Shown here: one piece after another, positions 41,092-50,706 of the stretch
Layout: each line of letters opens with the position of its first letter
How positions within the stretch are numbered: position 1 is the first letter of the stretch
Source of the DNA: Caldilineaceae bacterium
GTDB taxonomy: Bacteria; Chloroflexota; Anaerolineae; Caldilineales; Caldilineaceae
Direction: 5' to 3'
Assembly (NCBI GenBank): GCA_020846635.1
Contig: JADLDO010000036.1
Span: 281,048-345,047, forward strand
Length of the DNA: 64,000 nucleotides
Program-made: the position numbers and the translations under genes
Notes under the pieces: model-generated
The model's database searches: none
What the model saw: the letters and a program-made list of their open reading frames with translations, nothing else
What the model was told of the DNA's origin: nothing

Positions 41092-41874
41092 TTATTCTTC
41101 CAAGAAGGCCACTGCGCGACAGAACGCTGCTTCGCCCCCCTTGAACTTCCAGGGGAAGCAGCCAATCGTCAGCCGCCGATTCTGCAATTCCGGCGCGCCA
41201 ATATCGCCCCCCATGTTTTCAATATGCACGCAGTTGTGCGGGAACAGGGCATTATGCGTAAGCTGGTAAGCGCTATCGGGAAACAGCACATCAATTTGAT
41301 CGGCCCCAAACTTCGCCTCACATTGAGCGCGTACCTTTTGCCACTGCTCCAGCGCGCCCCGCCCCAAAAAACGACCAATCGGCAGGTTCATCGGATGGTC
41401 AGTGGAGATCATATCCACCCCCCACAGCTTGATCTTCTTATCAATCAGCCATTGGACAATGTCAAAATGGGGGCCGGGGTGGCGCAGGATATACTTCTCC
41501 TCGTCGGGCGTCGCGCCAAAATTGGCATACTCGTGCCAACCCGTATGCAGGATCAAAATATCCCCTTCACGCACTTCCACCCGATCCTCAATGTCCTTAG
41601 GCGTAAAGATATCCAACTCGTCCAAATCGGTCAGATCAACGATCACGCCATCGCCATAGAGCCATTCCAACGGCAACTGGTCAATCGTCAAGCCACCGGT
41701 GACAAAGTGACGTGGTGCGTCCAGATGCGTGCCCATATGGTTGGAGCTCATAATATACTGGGCATTGACCCCATGCTCCGACTTACGCTTAATATACTTC
41801 ACCTCAAAAGGGGGATAGAAAGGCCAGGAAGGAGCATCCTGATTGAGTGGTTGAGACAGGTCATACAGCTTCAT
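41092..41874 (-). CDS. cyclase family protein (kynurenine formamidase/isatin hydrolase-like)
   Basis: NHMGTHLDAPRHF (HxGTHxDxPxH) motif. Confidence 0.85.
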   Translation of the reverse strand: MKLYDLSQPLNQDAPSWPFYPPFEVKYIKRKSEHGVNAQYIMSSNHMGTHLDAPRHFVTGGLTIDQLPLEWLYGDGVIVDLTDLDELDIFTPKDIEDRVEVREGDILILHTGWHEYANFGATPDEEKYILRHPGPHFDIVQWLIDKKIKLWGVDMISTDHPMNLPIGRFLGRGALEQWQKVRAQCEAKFGADQIDVLFPDSAYQLTHNALFPHNCVHIENMGGDIGAPELQNRRLTIGCFPWKFKGGEAAFCRAVAFLEE

Positions 41875-41967
41875 GCGTCGTTCCTCTTTGCAAAAGACTT
41901 GGATGATGGACGGTCACAATGAACCACAATGCGGTCAATTGAGCTATTGAAACATAGTGTCCCTATA

Positions 41968-41999
41968 ACCCTCCCGGAAGCTTCGGAGTTTCCGGGGGG
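41968..41999. repeat. REP-like hairpin copy (CCCTCCCGGAAGC-TTCGGA-GTTTCCGGGGGGG)
   Basis: 13-bp stem including two G-T pairs. It lies 30 nt downstream of the DUF1116 stop. Confidence 0.7.
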
Positions 42000-42028
42000 G
42001 TAGTATTCTCTATGTGTCAGGCAAGGCA

Positions 42029-43282
42029 TCAGAAACCATACTGCTCTGCAAAGGCCACCAATGCCTCCTCAAAAATCGCCATCGGCGGGCGCACAAGCCC
42101 CGCGCCAATCTGCCCCACACCCGCATTCTTGTGCGCGATGCCGGTATTCACGCGCGGCGTGATGCCTGTCTCCACCACCTTGCGCAGGTCAATCCCCGTC
42201 GGCGTACCCCGAAAGTCCAGCGCAGGGATCGTAAAGTATTTATGCTCTGCATAGGTGATCTCGTACATCTCCATCGTCGCGTCAATCGCATCTTTGGGTT
42301 TGCCACTCACGAAGGTGACAATGGCAGGAGCCGCGGCCATCGCAAACGCACCGATGCCTGCCGTTTCTGTAATCGTACTGTCGCCAATATCACGGTTGGC
42401 ATCGCTCGCTTGAAAACCAGAGAAGTAGAGGCCATCCGGCACTTGCGCGGGCGCAGTAAACCAGCGATCACCCAACCCGCTCACGCGGATGCCAAAATCG
42501 GTGCCATTACGCGCCATTGTGCTGACGATGGTACTCCCCTCAATCCCCGCAGCAGCATCACACATCGCCTTGCAGCCCGCCATCACCGGGTTCAGCACCG
42601 CCAATGCATTGTCGCCCAATGCCTGCAAAATCCGCGCCGCAGTTTCAAGATCGGGTGCATGGCGCGCCACATGGGGGGCCAGGAGTTTCAAATAGAGAAT
42701 GGACGCTGCCTTGTTGCGATTATGCCCCTCGTCACCCATATGCAGCGCTTCGGCCAAAATCGTACGCACATCAATGCCGCCGGAAGCCTCAATCGCTCGC
42801 GCAAGCACCGGAGCCATCACCTCATGCATCCAGCGCAGCCGCTCCTGTACATCCTGCTGATAGGCCCCATAGCGCAGCACCTTTCCATAACCTTCATTTA
42901 GGTTGGAAAATGAGCGATTGCCGTGGGTCTGATTCTCGACAATATAGACAGCCATCGAGGCTGAGGTGACACCTGCCATCGGTCCGACCGCGCCATATTC
43001 ATGACATGGCGCAAAGTCAATCGCGCCGGAGGTCGCCAGTGCCTCCACCTCCTCGGCAGTAGTCGCCTTGCCCTCAAAGATCAGCGCGCCAATGATCGCC
43101 CCGCGGAGAGGCCCTGACATGCGCTCCCACGCAAGGGGCGGTCCCGCGTGCAGAATGAGATTGTCGCGCATCCCTGGGATCACCTCTCGCGCCACGCCCA
43201 GCCCCACCAGCACAGGGCGCGCTTCGATCATGCGCGTCGTTGCCTCTTGATTCGCCGCTTCGATGTCTACGCTCATACGCAT
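42029..43282 (-). CDS. DUF1116 domain protein (YlbE-like)
   Basis: Size (417 aa) and position next to fdrA match the E. coli fdrA-ylbE pair. The family call is from recollection of YlbE-like sequence features and is not verified. Confidence 0.65.
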   Translation of the reverse strand: MRMSVDIEAANQEATTRMIEARPVLVGLGVAREVIPGMRDNLILHAGPPLAWERMSGPLRGAIIGALIFEGKATTAEEVEALATSGAIDFAPCHEYGAVGPMAGVTSASMAVYIVENQTHGNRSFSNLNEGYGKVLRYGAYQQDVQERLRWMHEVMAPVLARAIEASGGIDVRTILAEALHMGDEGHNRNKAASILYLKLLAPHVARHAPDLETAARILQALGDNALAVLNPVMAGCKAMCDAAAGIEGSTIVSTMARNGTDFGIRVSGLGDRWFTAPAQVPDGLYFSGFQASDANRDIGDSTITETAGIGAFAMAAAPAIVTFVSGKPKDAIDATMEMYEITYAEHKYFTIPALDFRGTPTGIDLRKVVETGITPRVNTGIAHKNAGVGQIGAGLVRPPMAIFEEALVAFAEQYGF

Positions 43283-43376
43283 TCACTTGGGTAATGGGGC
43301 CACTGGAAGAATTAGGCCAGCAAGCCGGAGGATAAGTAGGGCGACTAGGACTGTGATATGACTACAGTACGGGGTG

Positions 43377-45098
43377 TTATGTACGCTGTTTCATGCGGCC
43401 TAGAATGCCCATCAGCTTCTCATTGCCCCCCGCGGGAGGCCGCCACTCGACATGCGTCACCGCAGCACCCTGCGCCGCCAGGCTTGTCGCAAAAGAATCC
43501 AGCCCCACATTGATCACCCCCAGTGGTGCATGGATCGCCTCCAGCGCAACCGGCGGATTGGCGGATGGTGCGCCCAATTTTCTCACCACGTCCCCCGCCT
43601 CTCTCACAGCATCAGCATGACGTGTGGTTACATGCGCGCCCGCCTCATGCAGCAAAGAGAGTTGGCGATCCATCCTCTGCGGGTCATCTTCGGTGCCGAT
43701 CACCGCGACCACAACCTCTAAATGCCGTCCTGCCGCCTCTGCCGCGGCCAACGCCCTGCCAATTGCCGGGGCAAGCTCTGCCGCTGGATCTTCATGCGCC
43801 CCATAGCCCAAGACCACGTCGAGCAAGATCACAGCAGTTTCAGGGTCGTTCGCCTCTTGCTCCAGCCGCCGGATACGCAGTTCATGATCCATCATCGGGT
43901 GCAGGCGACCCACGGTAAACTCATCTTCGCCCAGGTCAACGATTGTATGCCCACGGCTAATCGTTGCCTTTTCCAAGCGCAGCGACTTTTCCAGCGGAGC
44001 ATTGGAGTAAACCGAGGGTAAATAGTCACGCAGGATCAACTGCGCCTCATACGCCAACGTACCGCCAGAGTAGAGGCCGCGCAGATAACGCTGCGTGGGC
44101 GCAAAAGCCGTTGGGGCTTCACCCCCTGCGCTGCCATTCGCTTGCGCCGCCAGTCGCACAGCCAACTCAGCTGCCTCATCCAATGTCGGCGCATAGTGAA
44201 GATTGCCCGCCTGTGATGCCGGCGCTTGATAGCCAATAAAATTGACCACTACCGGCTTATCACTTGCACACGCTGTCGCCAGGAGTTGCGCGGCAACTGC
44301 GGGTGCAGGAGGCTTAGAGATCAGCACCACCACCGCGCTCTCCGGGTCGCGCAGCAGCAAATGGAGACTTTGCTGTGCCGTCAGCGCGCCCACTGCCTCG
44401 CTCAAGTCACGACCTCCTGTGCCAAGCGCATGTGTAATCCCCGCGCCCAGTTGGTGGATGCGCGACGAAACCAGTTGCAGCCCCGTCCCCGATGCGCCCA
44501 CTAGGCCAATTTTGCCGCGCCGCACCGCGTTCGCAAAACCCAGCCCCACACCATTGACAATCGCGGTGCCGCAATCCGGCCCCATCAGCAGCAAGCCCTG
44601 CGCTGCCGCCTCGCGCTTCAACGACACTTCATCTTCAAGGCTTACGTTATCGCTGTAAAGCAAGACATGACGAGCCAGTTCCAACGCCTCACGCGCCACC
44701 CCTGCGGCATACCGTCCAGGTGTCGATACCATCACCCAGCGCGCATCCGGCGCAAGCTGCGCCGCTGCCGCCAGCGTCTTTGGTCGATAGGCAATGTCAT
44801 TATCAGGCGCGCGCCGTCGTTGCAGGAGCAAGTCCACCTGCGCCAGTGCAGCCAAAGCAGGCTCGTCGCTCTGTGCGCGCACCACCAAGATTAAGTCATC
44901 CGCTCCAGCCTGGGCAGCTTCAGGACTCAGGAGGTTGCTCTGCGCCAAAAGCTCCTTGTTGGCGGCTGCGCCCATCACAGCCCCAGCATCCTCGACTCCA
45001 TCGAGCTTTGCCAGGGCGCGTTGAAGCTGCATCAACACAACCGAATCGTAATAAGCCCCACGCCGTATCTCACTCCGTATTGCCGTCATGGTCGCCAT
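43377..45098 (-). CDS. fdrA: FdrA family protein (succinyl-CoA synthetase alpha-like acyl-CoA synthetase fold)
   Basis: N-terminal IRRGAYYDSVVLMQL. Internal CoA-binding/ligase-like GPDCGTAI...GLVGASGTG. 573 aa. Confidence 0.75.
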   Translation of the reverse strand: MATMTAIRSEIRRGAYYDSVVLMQLQRALAKLDGVEDAGAVMGAAANKELLAQSNLLSPEAAQAGADDLILVVRAQSDEPALAALAQVDLLLQRRRAPDNDIAYRPKTLAAAAQLAPDARWVMVSTPGRYAAGVAREALELARHVLLYSDNVSLEDEVSLKREAAAQGLLLMGPDCGTAIVNGVGLGFANAVRRGKIGLVGASGTGLQLVSSRIHQLGAGITHALGTGGRDLSEAVGALTAQQSLHLLLRDPESAVVVLISKPPAPAVAAQLLATACASDKPVVVNFIGYQAPASQAGNLHYAPTLDEAAELAVRLAAQANGSAGGEAPTAFAPTQRYLRGLYSGGTLAYEAQLILRDYLPSVYSNAPLEKSLRLEKATISRGHTIVDLGEDEFTVGRLHPMMDHELRIRRLEQEANDPETAVILLDVVLGYGAHEDPAAELAPAIGRALAAAEAAGRHLEVVVAVIGTEDDPQRMDRQLSLLHEAGAHVTTRHADAVREAGDVVRKLGAPSANPPVALEAIHAPLGVINVGLDSFATSLAAQGAAVTHVEWRPPAGGNEKLMGILGRMKQRT

Positions 45099-45134
45099 TC
45101 ATCACCCAGCAGCACCGTCACGTCAGTTCGACCG

Positions 45135-45164
45135 ATTATACCCACAACCCCTACTTTGCGCCAA
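45135..45164 (-). promoter_or_regulatory. candidate promoter for fdrA operon
   Basis: On the minus strand: TTGGCG (45164-45159), 18-nt spacer, TATAAT (45140-45135). Confidence 0.4.
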
Positions 45165-45199
45165 CCGATTTGGAAGCACCAGCCCAGGCATTGTTCACC

Positions 45200-45228
45200 T
45201 TGACAGCTTATGCGGCCCCTTCTACAAT
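45200..45228 (+). promoter_or_regulatory. near-consensus promoter for the Uma2 gene
   Basis: TTGACA (45200-45205), 17-nt spacer, TACAAT (45223-45228). ATG at 45240 implies a very short leader. Confidence 0.6.
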
Positions 45229-45239
45229 GTGACAAAATC

Positions 45240-46088
45240 ATGACCGATTCAACCAGCCAACCAACACACAATACAGAACCCATGTCGCCCACGCCCATGT
45301 CGCCCATCTTCGGCCAACGCCGCAGCTTTTACTTCAATGACAACGGCCAACCTGCCTACCAGGTCTACGATCTCGATGGCGATGACTTCTGCAACCCGCA
45401 GCCGGGCGATGAATTCTTCCACGGGGAAGTTCACGACACCAGCGTGCGCATCCTCGGCGGCATGTTGCAGCATCACTACCGCTATAGCCCCACGATTACG
45501 GTGCATGTCCGTCCCAAATTGATCCTGCCCGACCAGAGCCTCGATCAGCCAATGCCCGATGTTGTGCTGGTGGACCATCTCAGCGAGCCGCTCCGCCATC
45601 GTACCGTCCTCGATATCGCGGCTGAACGGAACGCCAATCAATCCGCGGCAGAGTCCATCATTGAATCCCAAATTGAACCCCAGGAAGAAGTCAAAGTACG
45701 CGCCATTTTTGAAGTGACCTCTCCGCTGCTGGCAGAATATGATCTGGGTGTCAAGGCGTCACACTATGCCCAGGGCCGCGTACCCGAATACTGGATTATC
45801 GACAGCGGCCTTCGCCCAGACCAGGATCAGCTTCGATTTACCATCCTGGGATTCCGGTTGGAGGGTAAGCACTTCGAAGCCATCCCTCCCACCAGCAAAA
45901 ATCATTGGGAAAGCCCCCTCTGTCGCCTTTGCCTGCGTGTAAGCGATGATGAGCAAAGCTTCCAGCTTGGCGATTTACGCACCGGCAAACCATTCCCCAT
46001 GCCCGCCATTGACGACGATCCCGCCATCTCTGCTCAAGCAGAAGCTGCTCGCCGAGCCCAATCCATCGCCGACCAACTGAAACTCTAA
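45240..46088 (+). CDS. Uma2 family (DUF820) putative endonuclease
   Basis: PDVVLV...EV.S... and the hallmark VPEYWIID motif. N-terminal extension and a C-terminal AEAARRAQ helix. Confidence 0.8.
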   Translation: MTDSTSQPTHNTEPMSPTPMSPIFGQRRSFYFNDNGQPAYQVYDLDGDDFCNPQPGDEFFHGEVHDTSVRILGGMLQHHYRYSPTITVHVRPKLILPDQSLDQPMPDVVLVDHLSEPLRHRTVLDIAAERNANQSAAESIIESQIEPQEEVKVRAIFEVTSPLLAEYDLGVKASHYAQGRVPEYWIIDSGLRPDQDQLRFTILGFRLEGKHFEAIPPTSKNHWESPLCRLCLRVSDDEQSFQLGDLRTGKPFPMPAIDDDPAISAQAEAARRAQSIADQLKL

Positions 46089-46111
46089 CACTACATCTGG
46101 AGCCAAATCCC

Positions 46112-46432
46112 ATGCAACGCGCTTGTTTCCTACTCAAGATCAAAACCGACCGAATGGAAGAATACAAGGCACGCCACGCCGCTGTCCGGCCCGATATGCT
46201 TCAAGCTCTCAGCGAGTGTGGATGGCGCAACTACTCATTGTTTCTACGCGAGGATGGTTTACTTGTGGGCTACTTTGAAACCGAGGACTTGGCGGCTGCG
46301 CGTGCCTGCATGGCCCAACGCGAAGTCAACACTCGCTGGCAAGCCGATATGGCTCCGTTCTTCGAAGAGCTAGGCGGTCGCCGCCCCGACGAAAAGATCA
46401 TGCCCTTCGAAGAAGTTTTCCACCTCGCCTAA
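46112..46432 (+). CDS. rhaM: L-rhamnose mutarotase
   Basis: 106 aa; KTDRMEEYKARHAAVRPDMLQAL...GWRNYSLFLREDGLLVGYFE is typical RhaM. Confidence 0.85.
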   Translation: MQRACFLLKIKTDRMEEYKARHAAVRPDMLQALSECGWRNYSLFLREDGLLVGYFETEDLAAARACMAQREVNTRWQADMAPFFEELGGRRPDEKIMPFEEVFHLA

Positions 46433-46479
46433 TTCCCGACGAACTCTCGACCAGGCCTCGATGAAGGTTACGCCACGCC

Positions 46480-47901
46480 ATGAACATCCATACTCGCGCC
46501 TACCCCAAAGCCCGCATTGGCCTCTTTGCCATCGGTCTCGCCGCCTATTGGCCTCAATTCCCTGGCCTCAAAGAGCGGCTGGAAGGGTACTATCAGCATG
46601 TTGCCAATCAACTGGGGGCCATTGCTGAGATCGTGGGGCTGGGCCTGGTCGATACTCCCCAAAGCGCCTACGTCGCAGGCAACCGACTCGCCGCCGAACA
46701 GGTCGATCTGCTCATCTGCCACACTGCCACCTACGCCACCAGTTCGCAGGTGCTGCCCATCGTCCAACAAGCCAAAGTCCCGGTGCTGGTCCTCAACCTG
46801 CAACCTTCCGCCTCGTTGGATTATCCCAACACCGATACTGGCGAATGGCTTGCTAACTGCTCCACCTGCTGTGTGCCCGAAATCGCCAACGCCTTTCACC
46901 GCGCCGGCATCGAGTTTCAGGTTGTTTCAGGTCAACTCTATGATGATGTTCGCGTATGGCGCGAGCTTGAAGAATGGTGCCGCGCCGCCACTGCCATGCG
47001 TGCATTGCGCGGTGCCCGCTTCGGCTTCCTGGGCCACACCTATCCCGGCATGCTCGATATGTACTCCGACTTCACCCAACACCATGCCCAACTCGGCCTG
47101 CATGTCGAAGTCCTTGAGATAGACGATCTCGCTGAACGTGTGAACGCCATCACCGAGCAAGAAATCGCCGCCAAGCGTGAGGAGACACACGCCATCTTTG
47201 AGGTGGATGACACTGTCGGCGACGAAGATCTCACCTGGGCGTGCAAAGTCGCCGCAGGGCTAGACCGGCTGGTGGATGATCTCGACCTAGCCGCCCTCGC
47301 CTATTACTACCGGGGCGCGCCCCAAAGCGAATCCGAACGATTGGGCGCGGGCTTGATTTTGGGCAATACACTACTTACAGCGCGCGGAATTCCGGCATCA
47401 GGCGAAGGCGATCTGAAGAACGCAGTCGCCATGAAGGTCATGGATGTGTTGGGCGCGGGCGGTTCCTATACAGAATTTTATGCAATGGACTTCACCGAAA
47501 AGTTTGTCTTGATGGGGCACGATGGCCCTGGTCACATTGCCATCAGCGACCGCAAACCTCTCCTGCGCGGCCTGGGGCTCTATCATGGCAAGTCGGGCTA
47601 TGGCATTTCCATCGAATTCAGCGTCAAACATGGCCCTGTGACCATTTTGGGTTGTACGCAAACCCGCAGCGGGCAGCTCAAGTTTCTCGTCGCCGAAGGA
47701 GAATCCATCCCCGGCCCGACCCTCCAAATCGGCAACACCAACAGCCGCATTCGCTTCAACCTGCCCCCCGCCGAGTTCGTAGATGCCTGGTGTGCCGAAG
47801 CGCCCACCCATCATTGCGCGCTCGGCGTCGGTCACATGGCCCCTGTCTTACGCAAATTCGCGCGCTTGCAGGGCTTGGGGCTTGCCCATGTAGCCGCATG
47901 A
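46480..47901 (+). CDS. L-fucose/L-arabinose isomerase family protein
   Basis: Size and overall pattern (IGLFAIGLAAYWPQFPG..., GEGDLKNA..., MGHDGPGH) match the FucI/AraA-like superfamily. Substrate not inferable. Confidence 0.7.
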   Translation: MNIHTRAYPKARIGLFAIGLAAYWPQFPGLKERLEGYYQHVANQLGAIAEIVGLGLVDTPQSAYVAGNRLAAEQVDLLICHTATYATSSQVLPIVQQAKVPVLVLNLQPSASLDYPNTDTGEWLANCSTCCVPEIANAFHRAGIEFQVVSGQLYDDVRVWRELEEWCRAATAMRALRGARFGFLGHTYPGMLDMYSDFTQHHAQLGLHVEVLEIDDLAERVNAITEQEIAAKREETHAIFEVDDTVGDEDLTWACKVAAGLDRLVDDLDLAALAYYYRGAPQSESERLGAGLILGNTLLTARGIPASGEGDLKNAVAMKVMDVLGAGGSYTEFYAMDFTEKFVLMGHDGPGHIAISDRKPLLRGLGLYHGKSGYGISIEFSVKHGPVTILGCTQTRSGQLKFLVAEGESIPGPTLQIGNTNSRIRFNLPPAEFVDAWCAEAPTHHCALGVGHMAPVLRKFARLQGLGLAHVAA

Positions 47902-47962
47902 AGAAAATAGCACAGGTGAAACAGAGTTGTTACCCGCCCACTACCTGGCCGTTTTACGACGG

Positions 47963-47991
47963 TTGACGCATACTGCGCGCTATGCTATAGT
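47963..47991 (+). promoter_or_regulatory. promoter module A (extended -10)
   Basis: TTGACG (47963-47968), 17-nt spacer ending in TGC, TATAGT (47986-47991). Same architecture as 54814-54842. Confidence 0.6.
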
Positions 47992-47997
47992 TGGATC

Positions 47998-48044
47998 AAT
48001 CGTAACGGTTGCGTAATCCCTAGCTTTTGGTATTGGTTGCGATT
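47998..48044 (+). promoter_or_regulatory. conserved leader/operator element A (CGTAA-N6-CGTAA-N19-GTTGCGAT)
   Basis: CGTAA at 48001-48005 and 48012-48016; GTTGCGAT at 48036-48043. AAUCGUAAC (47998-48006) can pair with GUUGCGAUU (48036-48044). Confidence 0.45.
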
Positions 48045-48575
48045 ATCCCAATCCTGGAATCAATCTAGTTCTTATTGCTCACAGATCTGCTGGGCGATAC
48101 GTTGGCGGACTTCCTCTTTGACAACTCAACCAAAGTGAAGCCTGATTCCGCCACTTGACATACCCAGTCGTGCCACTCAGGTGACACAATGATAGCTCCC
48201 TGTTTTCCGGCGTAAGCTGTTCCGTAGTTGTAAAACCTTTGTATCCATAACAATTTAGCACCGCTCCCGGATCGGATGCTTTTGTCGGGGCGCATACTGA
48301 CCACAAACCAGGAAGCGGTAAACACAAGCTTGCCGCCATACTCCCTCCTGGTACGAGGTCTTTTGACTGTTTCCTGCTGTAGATCTGCTCCCACCAGCCA
48401 AATCATCCTTGCTGACGATGCCACGGGCCACCTGTGACAACAACGGCGGGAAATCACTATCGTTGGTTTCCCTGACAACAGGTTCTCACATATCTGCTTG
48501 CTCTATCACGAAGAAACGCATCAAGGAAGAAACCAATCAAGTAGGAACCACAAGTTGGAGCCAAAGGAGAAGAAG

Positions 48576-50558
<1,983 letters not shown>

Positions 50559-50598
50559 CTGTCCTTCCATGACGGTGTGTTGGTGAACCTGTCGCGAC

Positions 50599-50634
50599 CA
50601 CCCTCCCGGAAGCTTCCGAGCTTCCGGGAGGGTG
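50599..50634. repeat. REP-like hairpin copy (CACCCTCCCGGAAGC-TTCCGA-GCTTCCGGGAGGGTG)
   Basis: 15-bp perfect stem, 41 nt downstream of the SBP stop and inside the ABC operon. Confidence 0.8.
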
Positions 50635-50706
50635 AATGCCAAGATACAGCGTACTAAATCCGGTTTGCGAATTTTTCTCCACTGGCAGACAAGAGGTTTT
50701 TGAACT

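Noticed and set aside
48065-48478. 137-aa minus-strand ORF containing GFTLVEL, which resembles the prepilin N-methylation motif.
   Set aside because: The motif is near the C-terminus and is followed by charged residues rather than the obligatory hydrophobic helix. The ORF starts with TTG, has no RBS and is rich in W/C/R. It is not called as a pilin or as a CDS; a decayed gene remnant remains possible.
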